Assembly (NCBI RefSeq): GCF_009734345.1
Contig: NZ_CP032551.1
Coordinates: forward strand, 210,001-242,000
Direction of reading: 5' to 3'
Source: Pseudidiomarina andamanensis
GTDB taxonomy: Bacteria > Pseudomonadota > Gammaproteobacteria > Enterobacterales > Alteromonadaceae
Length of the DNA: 32,000 nt
In this document: positions 8,718 to 18,927 of the stretch, piece after piece
Layout: each line of letters opens with the position of its first letter
Numbering within the stretch: position 1 is the first letter of the stretch
The notes under the pieces: generated by a model
The model's input: the letters and a program-made list of their open reading frames with translations, nothing else
Database searches by the model: none
Told to the model about the DNA's origin: nothing
Translations under genes and position numbers: made by a program

Positions 8718-9674
8718 TTACGGTGCTGGAACTAACTGAATGATTTGCGCTAACACTTGGTCAGCATCAATGCCATCGGCTTCCGCTTGGTAACTCAAAA
8801 TAATACGGTGGCGCAGCACTTTAGCGTAAACCGCATGAATATCATCTGGGGTAACAAAGTTACGCTGTTGTAACCAAGCACGGGCGCGCGCACACCGATC
8901 AAGCGCAATGGTTGCTCGTGGGCTGGCACCATAGTTTAACCAGCGGGCGAGGTCGCTGCTGTAAAAGCTTGGCTCACGTGTCGCAATGACCAATTGCACC
9001 AGATAATTCTCAACTGCGTCATCCATGTAGATACCGAGTACTTCTTTGCGCGCATTGAAGATATCTTGCTGCTTCAGAGGCTTGGGCATATCTGCTTGGC
9101 CTTGTAATTCTTCGCCACGCGTTAAACGCAAAATGTCACGTTCGGTATCGGCATTTGGATAATCTAAATTGAGATGCATTAAGAATCGGTCGAGCTGTGC
9201 TTCAGGTAACGGATACGTGCCTTCTTGCTCAAGCGGGTTTTGGGTTGCCAATACCATAAATAACTCTGGTAACGGATAGGTTTTTTGGCCTACCGTGATT
9301 TGGCGCTCAGCCATGGCTTCTAATAACGCAGACTGAACTTTCGCTGGGGCGCGGTTAATTTCGTCAGCCAAAATAATATTGTGAAACAAAGGCCCTTGTT
9401 GGAATACAAACTCGCCCGTTTCGGGACGATAAATATCAGTACCTGTTAAGTCAGCAGGCAGCAAGTCAGGGGTGAACTGCACGCGATGAAAACTACCTTC
9501 AACTCCTTTTGCCAGGGCATTAACAGCACGAGTTTTCGCAAGTCCAGGAGGGCCCTCAACGAGTAAATGGCCATCAGCTAGTAGGGCAACTAGCAAACTT
9601 TCGGTGAAATCAGGTTGCCCCAATACTTGACTGTCGAGGTAGTTACGTAATGCTTGAAACTGTTCAGCTGCCAT
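8718..9674 (-). CDS. MoxR-family AAA+ ATPase
   Basis: 318 aa. Walker A GPPGLAKT and Walker B ILADEINRA, with the typical MoxR length. It is the first gene of the operon. Confidence 0.9.
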   Translation of the reverse strand: MAAEQFQALRNYLDSQVLGQPDFTESLLVALLADGHLLVEGPPGLAKTRAVNALAKGVEGSFHRVQFTPDLLPADLTGTDIYRPETGEFVFQQGPLFHNIILADEINRAPAKVQSALLEAMAERQITVGQKTYPLPELFMVLATQNPLEQEGTYPLPEAQLDRFLMHLNLDYPNADTERDILRLTRGEELQGQADMPKPLKQQDIFNARKEVLGIYMDDAVENYLVQLVIATREPSFYSSDLARWLNYGASPRATIALDRCARARAWLQQRNFVTPDDIHAVYAKVLRHRIILSYQAEADGIDADQVLAQIIQLVPAP

Positions 9675-9791
9675 CAGATTCCTCTGCTTTGTGTATATTA
9701 CTTCTATACTATCGCTATACTCTAAGTTCGCACTTTACCGAAAACAACGGTTTAATTCTCGCCAAAGACCCGTTAAAATTTGTAACCATCT

Positions 9792-9808
9792 ATGAGGTCA
9801 GACCAGAT
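9792..9808. promoter_or_regulatory. Candidate FadR operator upstream of fadIJ
   Basis: The reverse complement ATCTGGTCTGACCTCAT matches the E. coli FadR consensus ANCTGGTCCGAYNTGTT at 14 of 17 positions. It ends 38 nt upstream of the fadI ATG. Confidence 0.45.
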
Positions 9809-9846
9809 TAAGGAATGACCATAACAAAACAACAGAGGACAAATCT

Positions 9847-11157
9847 ATGGCCGCACGTCAGAATCTGACCACTGCTTCAGGCGACCGCATCGCGATTGTT
9901 GCCGGCTTGCGCACCCCGTTTGCGAAGCAGGCGACCTATTTCCATGGCGTTCCTGCATTGGATATGGGCAAAATGGTAGTGCAAGAGCTACTTAATCGCT
10001 ACAGCTTAGACCCAAGTGAGGTTGAGCAGCTGGTTTACGGACAAGTAGTACAAATGCCCAAAGCACCGAACATTGCGCGCGAAATTGTTTTGGGTACCAA
10101 CCTTCCGGTATCCACTGATGCGTACAGTGTATCACGTGCCTGCGCAACGAGTTTTCAAACTACGGTCAACGTACTAGAAAGCATGGTGGTTGGAAACATT
10201 TCAGTGGGTATCGCTGGTGGTGCAGATTCGTCCTCAGTATTGCCGATTGGCGTTTCTCGTTCACTTGCCCATGCGCTTGTTGATTTGAATAAAGCGAGAA
10301 CGCTAGGTCAACGCTTGAACATTTTGAAGCGTTTACGGTTTAAAGATTTAATGCCTGTACCGCCTGCAATTGCTGAATACAGCACCGGTTTAACCATGGG
10401 TGATACGGCTGAACAAATGGCAAAGACGCACAATATTAGCCGTGCGGATCAAGATGCATTGGCGCATCGTTCACATACTTTGGCGCATGAAGCGTGGGAA
10501 GCCGGCAAGTTAGATGCCGAAGTGATGACCGCGTACGCCGAACCATATAACGACTTTTTGAAACGCGATAATACCGTGCGTAGTGATTCCAAGTTAGATG
10601 GCTATGCAAAATTACGTCCGGTGTTTGATCGCAAGCACGGTACCGTCACTGCGGCAAATAGTACTGCTTTAACCGACGGTGCAAGCGCCATTTTGTTAAT
10701 GACCGAGAGTAAAGCGAAAGCGCTAGGCTATGAAGTTCTTGGTTATATTCGAAGCTATGCATTTAGCGCCATTGATGTATGGGAAGATATGTTGATGGGG
10801 CCTTCGTATGCAACGCCGATTGCGCTTGACCGTGCGGGCATGAAGCTCAGCGATCTAACCTTAATTGAAATGCACGAAGCCTTTGCGGCACAAACGCTTG
10901 CCAACATGAAAATGTTTGCGAGTAAAAAGTTTGCCGAAGAAAAACTCGGTCGCAGCGAAGCCATTGGTGAAATCGACATGGATAAATTCAACGTGATGGG
11001 CGGTTCGTTGGCTTATGGACACCCATTTGCGGCAACCGGTGCACGTCTTATTACCCAAACCCTAAATGAATTGAAGCGCCGCGGCGGTGGTGTCGGGTTA
11101 ACCACGGCGTGTGCGGCTGGTGGTTTAGGTGCAGCGATGATTGTGGAGACTGAATAA
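9847..11157 (+). CDS. fadI: 3-ketoacyl-CoA thiolase FadI
   Basis: 436 aa. The N-terminus ...[34 protein letters not shown]... is collinear with E. coli FadI. Thiolase active-site regions are present. Its stop overlaps the fadJ start (TAATG). Confidence 0.9.
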   Translation: MAARQNLTTASGDRIAIVAGLRTPFAKQATYFHGVPALDMGKMVVQELLNRYSLDPSEVEQLVYGQVVQMPKAPNIAREIVLGTNLPVSTDAYSVSRACATSFQTTVNVLESMVVGNISVGIAGGADSSSVLPIGVSRSLAHALVDLNKARTLGQRLNILKRLRFKDLMPVPPAIAEYSTGLTMGDTAEQMAKTHNISRADQDALAHRSHTLAHEAWEAGKLDAEVMTAYAEPYNDFLKRDNTVRSDSKLDGYAKLRPVFDRKHGTVTAANSTALTDGASAILLMTESKAKALGYEVLGYIRSYAFSAIDVWEDMLMGPSYATPIALDRAGMKLSDLTLIEMHEAFAAQTLANMKMFASKKFAEEKLGRSEAIGEIDMDKFNVMGGSLAYGHPFAATGARLITQTLNELKRRGGGVGLTTACAAGGLGAAMIVETE

Positions 11158-13280
11158 TGAGCGAGCAAAAAGCTTTTACGCTAGAGTTACGCGATGATCA
11201 GGTAGCGGTCATCCATATTGATGTGCCAGGTGAGTCGATGAATACCTTAAAAGCATCGTTCGCCGAAGAAGTCGCACACGTTTTAAATCAATTAGAACAG
11301 CAGCAAGACCTCAAAGGCGTTGTCGTAATCAGCGATAAGCCCGGTTCATTTGTGGCCGGTGCTGACATCAGCATGATTGATGCGTGTGAAAATGCTGCCG
11401 ATACCGAGAGCTTAGCGCGACAAGGTCAAGCCATGTTTGACCGTATTGAAGGTTTGAAAGTACCTGTTGTTGCGGCAATTGATGGTGCTTGCTTAGGCGG
11501 TGGTTTAGAGCTGGCGTTAGCGTGTCACTACCGTGTGGCAACAGACAGCAATCGAACGATTATCGGTTTGCCAGAAGTACAGCTCGGTTTGTTACCAGGC
11601 TCCGGCGGTACGCAGCGTTTACCGCGTCTAATAGGTATTCAAAAAGCGTTGCCGTTAATTTTGACTGGCAAACAGCTGCGGGCAAAACAAGCGAAAAAAT
11701 TAGGGATTGTTGATGATGTTGTGCCGGCAAGTATTTTGCTTGAAGCAGCAGTAAAGCTCGCCTTAAGCAGTAAAGCGAAGGTAAAGCGCGTTCGTCATTC
11801 TTTGTTGAATAAAGCCCTTGAAGGCACGGGGGTTGGTCGCGGCATTATTTTCTCGAAAGCTCGAGAGCAAGCGCAGGCAAAAGCGAAAGGTAATTATCCA
11901 GCACTGGACAAAATTATCGATACCATCGCTTATGGTGCGGATAAAGGTTTTGAGGCGGGTCTTGAATTTGAAGCTCGTTCGTTTGGCGAACTTGCCATGA
12001 CGCCCGAATCAAAACAGCTACGCAATATCTTTTTTGCGACAACAGCGATGAAAAAAGAGACCGGAGCAGGTGATACTAAACCGCGTAAAATTGAGCGCGT
12101 TGGTGTTCTTGGTGGTGGTTTGATGGGCGGCGGTATTGCTTATGTAACCGCTGCGAAGGCAGGTTTGCCGGCTCGCATCAAAGATATTTCAGAACAAGGC
12201 ATTGTGCATGCACTGAAATATAGCTACGACTTGTTGCATAAGAAAGTGAAGCGCAAACACATGGCGCGTGCTGAACTTGAGTCAATCATGCTGCGTTTAA
12301 GCGGTAGCCTTGATTACAGTGGCTTTGATCAAGTCGATGTGGTGATTGAAGCGGTATTTGAAGACTTGAATTTGAAGCAACAAATGGTTGCTGATATCGA
12401 GGCTGTTGCTGGTGAGAACACAATTTTTGCTACCAATACGTCAAGCCTACCCATTACTAAAATTGCAGCACAGGCGCAGCGTCCAGAGAACGTGATCGGA
12501 TTACATTATTTCTCGCCGGTTGATAAAATGCCGTTGGCTGAAATTATCACACATGCGGGAACGTCCGACGAGACCATTGCAACAACTGTTGCACTAGCCA
12601 AGAAACAGGGTAAAACCCCGATTGTGGTGAAAGATGGCGCGGGCTTCTATGTCAACCGAATCCTAGCACCGTATATGAATGAATCGGCGCGTTTAGTTCT
12701 CGAAGGCGAGCCAATTGAAGTGGTTGATAGCGCGTTAGTGAAATTTGGCTTTCCAGTTGGTCCAATGAAATTGATGGACGAAGTGGGTATAGATGTTGCG
12801 GCGAAAGTTGCGCCAATCATGGCGGATGAACTGGGTGACAGATTCCGCGCGCCCGATGCGTTTGGTAAGTTATTGGATGACGAACGCAAAGGTAAGAAGA
12901 ACAAGAAGGGCTTCTACGCTTACTCGGGTAAGAAGCCAGGTAAATCGGTTGATGAATCGGTGTATAGTTTGTTGGGTATTAGCCCGTCAGCTAAGTTAGG
13001 CGGTGAAGAGATCGCGCAGCGCACCGTGCTATTAATGTTGAATGAAGCCGCCTACTGCTTAGACGAAGGCATCATCCGTAGTGCTCGCGATGGCGATATT
13101 GGCGCTATTTTCGGTATCGGCTTTCCGCCGTCCCGAGGTGGTCCATTCCGTTATATGGATGCTGTTGGCGTGACTGAAATTGTGCGCCGTTTGCAGAGCT
13201 ATCAGCAGCAACATGGTGAGCGTTATACCCCAGCACCATTGCTGGTTAAAATGGCAGAAAATAACGAGCGCTTTTATTAA
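11157..13280 (+). CDS. fadJ: Fatty-acid oxidation complex alpha subunit FadJ (enoyl-CoA hydratase / 3-hydroxyacyl-CoA dehydrogenase / epimerase)
   Basis: 707 aa. Crotonase N-terminal half ([17 protein letters not shown]), a Rossmann [13 protein letters not shown], and pairing with fadI. Confidence 0.9.
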   Translation: MSEQKAFTLELRDDQVAVIHIDVPGESMNTLKASFAEEVAHVLNQLEQQQDLKGVVVISDKPGSFVAGADISMIDACENAADTESLARQGQAMFDRIEGLKVPVVAAIDGACLGGGLELALACHYRVATDSNRTIIGLPEVQLGLLPGSGGTQRLPRLIGIQKALPLILTGKQLRAKQAKKLGIVDDVVPASILLEAAVKLALSSKAKVKRVRHSLLNKALEGTGVGRGIIFSKAREQAQAKAKGNYPALDKIIDTIAYGADKGFEAGLEFEARSFGELAMTPESKQLRNIFFATTAMKKETGAGDTKPRKIERVGVLGGGLMGGGIAYVTAAKAGLPARIKDISEQGIVHALKYSYDLLHKKVKRKHMARAELESIMLRLSGSLDYSGFDQVDVVIEAVFEDLNLKQQMVADIEAVAGENTIFATNTSSLPITKIAAQAQRPENVIGLHYFSPVDKMPLAEIITHAGTSDETIATTVALAKKQGKTPIVVKDGAGFYVNRILAPYMNESARLVLEGEPIEVVDSALVKFGFPVGPMKLMDEVGIDVAAKVAPIMADELGDRFRAPDAFGKLLDDERKGKKNKKGFYAYSGKKPGKSVDESVYSLLGISPSAKLGGEEIAQRTVLLMLNEAAYCLDEGIIRSARDGDIGAIFGIGFPPSRGGPFRYMDAVGVTEIVRRLQSYQQQHGERYTPAPLLVKMAENNERFY

Positions 13281-13326
13281 GCGCTCGAGGCTTTAAGTTG
13301 TATCAGTTGTAAAAATTGGAGTTGAG

Positions 13327-13524
13327 ATGTTTATTGCGCTGTGTTGTTTGTTGTCTGCGCTGACGTTATACATTCAAGCTTTAACTCATGCGATGGGAGC
13401 GAAACGTTGGGGGGCGATGGGGTTGTTATTTGGGCCTCTTGTACTACCAATGTTCTTTACCCATAAGCGGATGAAATTATTGAAGGCGCAAGGGCGCACT
13501 AATGTATCGATGCTGGTACGCTAA
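13327..13524 (+). CDS. Hypothetical small membrane protein (65 aa, two predicted TM helices)
   Basis: GGAG lies 7 nt upstream of the ATG. There are two hydrophobic stretches (FIALCCLLSALTLYIQAL, WGAMGLLFGPLVLPMFF) followed by a basic tail. I recognise no family. The last 26 nt overlap the convergent GGDEF-EAL gene. Confidence 0.4.
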   Translation: MFIALCCLLSALTLYIQALTHAMGAKRWGAMGLLFGPLVLPMFFTHKRMKLLKAQGRTNVSMLVR

Positions 13525-16093
13525 TGTGTGCCAAGAAGGCATCGCTGGTTAACGGTTCCGCGAACAAGTAACCTTGCGCAAATTCGCAGCTCAAGCGGCT
13601 CAGTGTCGCTGCTTGAGCTGTATTAACGACCCCTTCAGCAACAACATCTAATCCCATGTTATGTGCCATTGCGACGATGGATGCAACCATATTCCGATCG
13701 CGTTCAGCACCATTGATATCATCGACAAACGCTTTGTCGATTTTCAATGTTTGAATTGGGAAGCGCTTCAAATAGGCTAACGATGAATAGCCGGTACCAA
13801 AGTCATCGAGCGCCAAGTGAATACCGCAATTATGCAATTCAGTCATAATTGCAATAGCGCGTTCTGGGTCTTCCATGACGACACCTTCGGTTATCTCAAG
13901 CTCGAGATGCTCAGGAGCGAGCTTTTCTTCTTTTAAGATATTCATGATGCGCTGGGTTAAGTCAGGCTGAACAAACTGCTTCGCTGACAGGTTAACGGCA
14001 ACGCGCCCCTGCACGGTTCCTTGCTTCACCCATTCGCGCATATCTCGGCAAGTTTGACGCAGAACTTGTTCGCCCATTTCAATTATCAAACCAGTTTCTT
14101 CTGCGAGCGGAATAAATTCACTTGGACTGATCAGTCCGATACCAGGAATGTTAAGACGTACCAAAGCCTCTAAGCCAACAAATTCGTAGTTACGTAATGA
14201 AACCTTCGGTTGGTACATTACCTGAATATGATTGTTGCGAAGTGCCTGGCGTAGCTGGTTTTCAACTTGCAAGCGACGCACTGCATTTTTGTTCATCGAT
14301 TCGTTGAAGAATTGATAGTTATGTCCACCGCGGTTTTTCGCGTGATACATAGCAGTATCCGCATTTTGCAGAAGTTCTTGTGACGAGGTACCGTCACTCG
14401 GATAGACGACGATACCAATAGAGCTTCCAATAACGATATCTTGTTGATTCACATGGAAGGCTTCGCCTACCTGCGAGAGAATTTTCGTTGCCACGTCAGT
14501 GATGACACTTAGATCACTGGTATCTTCGAGCATCAATACGAATTCATCACCACCCAAACGGAAAAAGGTATCTTGCGGTCGACCTACTTCAGCAACACGT
14601 TCGGCCACCTGCAGTAGCAACTGATCGCCAATATCGTGCCCAAGCGAGTCGTTAATTTTTTTAAAGTCGTCCAAATCAAATAACAACAGCGCATGCTGAA
14701 TACGTTTGCGCACCAAATTGGCATGGCTGACTTGGAAATAGGAGCGATTGGGCAAGCCAGTCAAGGTATCGGTATTTGATAAGCGACGTAACTCACGCTC
14801 GGTTGATTTACGCTCGGTAATATCGGCAAACGTGGCAACGTAGTGGGAGATGCGGTCACTATCATCGCGAATGGCATCAAGCGTTAACTCCATTTGGTAT
14901 AGGCTACCGTCTTTGCGCAAATCCTCGACTTCGCCGTGCCAGCTACCATGTTGCTTCAACAGACGCTTAATCTGCTCAATATATTCAGGGCTATAAAGCT
15001 GAAGTTGCAACGGTCTACCAAGCATGTCTTCGCGAGAATAGCCGGTTATCTTAGCCACGGAAGCGTTCGTTTCGATAATCTTGAAACCAGCATCGTAAAT
15101 ACACACACCATCGGAAATATTTGTGATAGATGTTGCGAGCATTTTTAAACGCTCTTCTGCGGCAACCAGAGGCGTAATATCTTTCAAGGTTCCGGTCATG
15201 CGTAGTGGATGTTGTTTATCATCACGCTCAACGACTTTGCCGCGGTCTAAGACTGAAATCCAGCCATTATCTGTTTTGACTCGGTAAGTCATTTCGAAAT
15301 AATTAGTCGCACCATCTAAATGCCTACGCAGCTGTTGCTGCAGTTTGGGTAGATCAAGTGGATGAATATTGCTCGGGCTGCCGCGCTTACCCGCTCGAAT
15401 GTGATCAATTGGAAATTCGTTGAGGTAGCGCCAACTGTTGTGGCGATGTATCGTGCCTTCAGGTACGAGCCAATCCCAAAGTTGATCGCCGCTGCCCCAT
15501 AAACTGAGCTTTAAACGCTCTTCACTGCTACGTAACTGTTTAATTGCCAAGTGGCGGGCGCGAACCATGAAAAACACAGCGGCAAGAATACCCAGAAGTA
15601 GCAGCGCATAGACACTGATAGCCCAAGGCGATAACCAGGTTGGCGCAGCAACGTCGAGTAATATTTGACGGCGACCGTTCCAGTTTGTCCCATCGTACGA
15701 AGCCTCGACTTTAAAGACATATTGGCCGTAACTTAGATTGGTATAGGTTGCGCGGCGGTATTCGTTATCAGTATAAACCCAGTCACGGTCAAAACCTTCG
15801 AGTTGATAGCGATAGTAGAGTAGTCGTGCATTCGGCGCATAAGGAGCGCCAAACTCAATACTGAATGGGTCTTGAATATCTGGAATATAAAGGGTTTCGG
15901 TATTGTATAACTGCGGGCGGTTACGTTGGTCGAGCTGCTGAGCGCTGACCGGTTGATTTGCGAGACGAAGATTTATGAGCTCAACTTGCCAGTCTTGTGC
16001 TTGCAACGGGAATGACAGCGAAAACACCGAGACAATAACAATTGTCAGTGCTCTCAAGCGTAAACTGTAATAAAGCTGTTGCAGGCGTCGCAC
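13499..16093 (-). CDS. Membrane sensor protein: Y_Y_Y-like periplasmic domain, TM, PAS, PAS, GGDEF, EAL
   Basis: 864 aa with a GTG start. Signal/TM segment, then the Y_Y_Y signature (YYRYQLEGFDRDWVYTDNEYRRATYTNLSYGQYVFKV), a TM helix and two PAS-like regions. The GGDEF motif is intact (RLGGDEFVLM). The EAL domain has EALVRL, DDFGTGYSSL and KIDKAFV. Confidence 0.9.
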   Translation of the reverse strand: MRRLQQLYYSLRLRALTIVIVSVFSLSFPLQAQDWQVELINLRLANQPVSAQQLDQRNRPQLYNTETLYIPDIQDPFSIEFGAPYAPNARLLYYRYQLEGFDRDWVYTDNEYRRATYTNLSYGQYVFKVEASYDGTNWNGRRQILLDVAAPTWLSPWAISVYALLLLGILAAVFFMVRARHLAIKQLRSSEERLKLSLWGSGDQLWDWLVPEGTIHRHNSWRYLNEFPIDHIRAGKRGSPSNIHPLDLPKLQQQLRRHLDGATNYFEMTYRVKTDNGWISVLDRGKVVERDDKQHPLRMTGTLKDITPLVAAEERLKMLATSITNISDGVCIYDAGFKIIETNASVAKITGYSREDMLGRPLQLQLYSPEYIEQIKRLLKQHGSWHGEVEDLRKDGSLYQMELTLDAIRDDSDRISHYVATFADITERKSTERELRRLSNTDTLTGLPNRSYFQVSHANLVRKRIQHALLLFDLDDFKKINDSLGHDIGDQLLLQVAERVAEVGRPQDTFFRLGGDEFVLMLEDTSDLSVITDVATKILSQVGEAFHVNQQDIVIGSSIGIVVYPSDGTSSQELLQNADTAMYHAKNRGGHNYQFFNESMNKNAVRRLQVENQLRQALRNNHIQVMYQPKVSLRNYEFVGLEALVRLNIPGIGLISPSEFIPLAEETGLIIEMGEQVLRQTCRDMREWVKQGTVQGRVAVNLSAKQFVQPDLTQRIMNILKEEKLAPEHLELEITEGVVMEDPERAIAIMTELHNCGIHLALDDFGTGYSSLAYLKRFPIQTLKIDKAFVDDINGAERDRNMVASIVAMAHNMGLDVVAEGVVNTAQAATLSRLSCEFAQGYLFAEPLTSDAFLAHISVPASIH

Positions 16094-16164
16094 GCTCTTC
16101 CCCGGAATTGACTGTTTTATGTACAGCTCTTCTATTTGTTATGTTGTTCATCAAATTAAACAAT

Positions 16165-18927
16165 TTAGCGGGATCTGTCAAAGTTCGCGGGGCATGCAGA
16201 CAGAAACATTTGCCCTGATTTATTGTTAAAAAGATGTTTCGATTCAGCTTTGAATGCATCCATTGTGAGTGTCTCAATAGCACTCGCAATTCTGGTTAGT
16301 CTTGAAAAATCATGATCTTGTTGTGTTATGGCGCTCCATAAGCGCTGACTGCGTGAGCGCAAACTCGAGTCTTTTTCAGTCAACTGTTGCGTTAAACTCT
16401 GTCGTGCTTTGTCGAATTCTTCCTCCGTGATATCCGCCAATAACGTTGGCATATCATCAAAGAACTCATTCATAGCTGTTTCTATTTGCTGATTATCAAC
16501 ACGAGAAGACTGCACGTAAAACAACAGATGCGGATATTGTTGCATGGGCAGGTAGGTGGTGCCCACCAGATAGCCAAGCTGCTGTTCAGTACGGAGTTGG
16601 GCGAAAAAGCGTGGTTGTAACATTTGATTAAGAAGCATAAACACACCTTGCTGCTGCACGCTGTTTTGCATTGACTGAATAACAGCAATGACGGCGTGGT
16701 CAGGGTGTTGAGTGTTTACGGTAACTTTATTCGGCAGTGTATCAAGTGCTGCGGGTGTTAAATCAATTGGTGCCAGCGGTTCGGCTAACCCTAACCACGT
16801 TGATAGCGCCTCATGAACAGGTGCGAGTTGCTCGGCTTTAACATCGCCATGGGCAAATAACTGTACTTGGGCTTGTGTGAATAACTGCGGACTTGAGGCA
16901 CAAAAATCCTCAAAGCTTAAGCGCTCCAGCTCTTCGGCGAGATCAAGAACGGAATACGTGTGCGGCTGCAATTGCACATTCAAATGTGAAAATAAGAAAT
17001 TTAACGGCTTATGTAACAGGGCTTGTCGCCAGTTGGTCATGAGTCGCTGACGTAAGTCCTTCCATCGCTGTTGACAGAATTCAGGCGCTAGCATGGCTTG
17101 AAGCAGGGTGTTGGTTAATTGCGGCGCATAGTGTGCTGGCCCTGTTACATGCAAAGTCATTCCTTGCTGCTGTGGATAGAGGTTAAAGTGTAACCCAGCA
17201 ATTTCGGCGTCGTAACATTGCTCATTGAGAATATCGAGCATCAATTCACACCAGAGTCTCGTCTGAGCGAAATTCGCTGGAGTCGCGACCACATTCGGAA
17301 GCTGAAACCCAAGATACAAATGCGCTTTCGGTTGCCGAAAATCAATATCGTGAAGATGCCAACTCATCAGCGCTGGAGCTGTTTGCTTGGCACGAGGTAA
17401 ACCGGTTGGTTCATCTGAGCTAATGGACTGTAATTGCCAAGGTTCAGCAAGATAGGGGTTTGGATCTGGTAGTTTGACACCGGTTGGGGTGCACGCGCGG
17501 AAAGTCTCAAGCTGTTGCTGAGAAAGTGGGTGCACAGCGTAGTGACTACCGTAAATGGGCTCAATGCTGTCTGTTGGCAAATCTTTGTGAATAACGGTGA
17601 TGCGCATATTATCAGGGCGCATACAGTCTAAAAACTGATGTGCTTTGGGTTGAAATAGCCCATCCATTCGGTAATCGCCGAAAATAATGTCTTCGGCAAG
17701 GTAGTGCTGCAAGTTAACCGCGAGTTGTGGTGCGAGATCGCTTGCTCGAGGTTGTTCCTGAAAATTAAAGGCGTTCATGACACCCACGCGACGCTCGTCA
17801 TATCGCCATGGATTCAGTCCGTGCTCTCGGATGAGCTGGATATAGTGGAATAGGGCGGCGATAATTTCATCGCGATGTGCCATACCCTGCTCAGTCAGCT
17901 GCATATTGATATTAAAATCTTTAAAGTTGCTGCCACTGATGCCGCCACCAGCGGCAAGTGTATTAATCCAGTGCTTATCTCTTAGATAACCAAACAAACT
18001 GCCAGGCCCTTCATAGCCCAATAAATGAGCAATATAACTTGTGGTCTTGTTGGCGTAATCGTCATTAATACCCGGTAAGGCAAATGTGACAATGAGCCGG
18101 CGCGCATCTTTGATTGGATTAACGTGTAATTCAATACCTAACTGTTCAGATAAATAAAGCGGTTCATCGATATCCCAGACGTCGGCACAGCCACTTTTTA
18201 CCGCTTGAGCGTGAGTACTTGCTAGCTCGGTTAACTGCTCCAGTGATTGTGGACCAAGCAATACCAAAGTCATGCGGCGTGCGCAGTACCAACGCTGGAA
18301 AAAATCGCGTAGCTGTTGTTGCAATGAATTGTTCGGTTGATCTTTTAAGGTACTAAGATTTCCTACAGAAAATTTGCTGAACGGATGTTTGGGGTTCGAA
18401 GTGGCTTTGTGAACTTGATATAACCGCCGTAGTTCATCTTGGCGCTTTAATTGGAACTCTGATTCAATTGACTGTAATTCTTTCTCAATCCACTTTTGAG
18501 CAAACAGCGGCTCGTGAAAAAAACGCATGAATCGATCGAGTGCTTGGTCAAAATAATTCGCATCAACCGTAAAATAATAGTTACTGAATTCAGTGCCTGT
18601 CCATGCGTTGTGGTTGCCGCCATGAGCACTAATAAAACTTTGGTAGCTAGTGGCATCTGGGTACTTCTTGGTACCCAAGAACAACATGTGCTCGAGGAAA
18701 TGGGCTAACCCTTGTGCATGATGCGGATCATGAAAGTGACCAGCAGCAACAGCGAGGGCTGCGCTGGCTTGTCGCGCTTCAGCTTCATGCACAAGAACAC
18801 AGCGCATGCCATTATCGAGCTCGACAATACGATAGTTGCGTTGATCGGTCGGGCTTTTGGTGATGTCTTGATCATCGAGTATTACCCGAGCCGACAATGT
18901 GACTCCTGAGCTTTCAGTCGCCATCAT
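16165..18927 (-). CDS. M16 (insulinase/pitrilysin-type) zinc metallopeptidase, no signal peptide
   Basis: 920 aa. The inverted zinc motif HFLEH is followed by ...GTKKYP.... The N-terminus (MMATESSGVTLSARVILDDQD) has no hydrophobic signal sequence. The second ATG at 18924 has better SD spacing. Confidence 0.85.
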   Translation of the reverse strand: MMATESSGVTLSARVILDDQDITKSPTDQRNYRIVELDNGMRCVLVHEAEARQASAALAVAAGHFHDPHHAQGLAHFLEHMLFLGTKKYPDATSYQSFISAHGGNHNAWTGTEFSNYYFTVDANYFDQALDRFMRFFHEPLFAQKWIEKELQSIESEFQLKRQDELRRLYQVHKATSNPKHPFSKFSVGNLSTLKDQPNNSLQQQLRDFFQRWYCARRMTLVLLGPQSLEQLTELASTHAQAVKSGCADVWDIDEPLYLSEQLGIELHVNPIKDARRLIVTFALPGINDDYANKTTSYIAHLLGYEGPGSLFGYLRDKHWINTLAAGGGISGSNFKDFNINMQLTEQGMAHRDEIIAALFHYIQLIREHGLNPWRYDERRVGVMNAFNFQEQPRASDLAPQLAVNLQHYLAEDIIFGDYRMDGLFQPKAHQFLDCMRPDNMRITVIHKDLPTDSIEPIYGSHYAVHPLSQQQLETFRACTPTGVKLPDPNPYLAEPWQLQSISSDEPTGLPRAKQTAPALMSWHLHDIDFRQPKAHLYLGFQLPNVVATPANFAQTRLWCELMLDILNEQCYDAEIAGLHFNLYPQQQGMTLHVTGPAHYAPQLTNTLLQAMLAPEFCQQRWKDLRQRLMTNWRQALLHKPLNFLFSHLNVQLQPHTYSVLDLAEELERLSFEDFCASSPQLFTQAQVQLFAHGDVKAEQLAPVHEALSTWLGLAEPLAPIDLTPAALDTLPNKVTVNTQHPDHAVIAVIQSMQNSVQQQGVFMLLNQMLQPRFFAQLRTEQQLGYLVGTTYLPMQQYPHLLFYVQSSRVDNQQIETAMNEFFDDMPTLLADITEEEFDKARQSLTQQLTEKDSSLRSRSQRLWSAITQQDHDFSRLTRIASAIETLTMDAFKAESKHLFNNKSGQMFLSACPANFDRSR

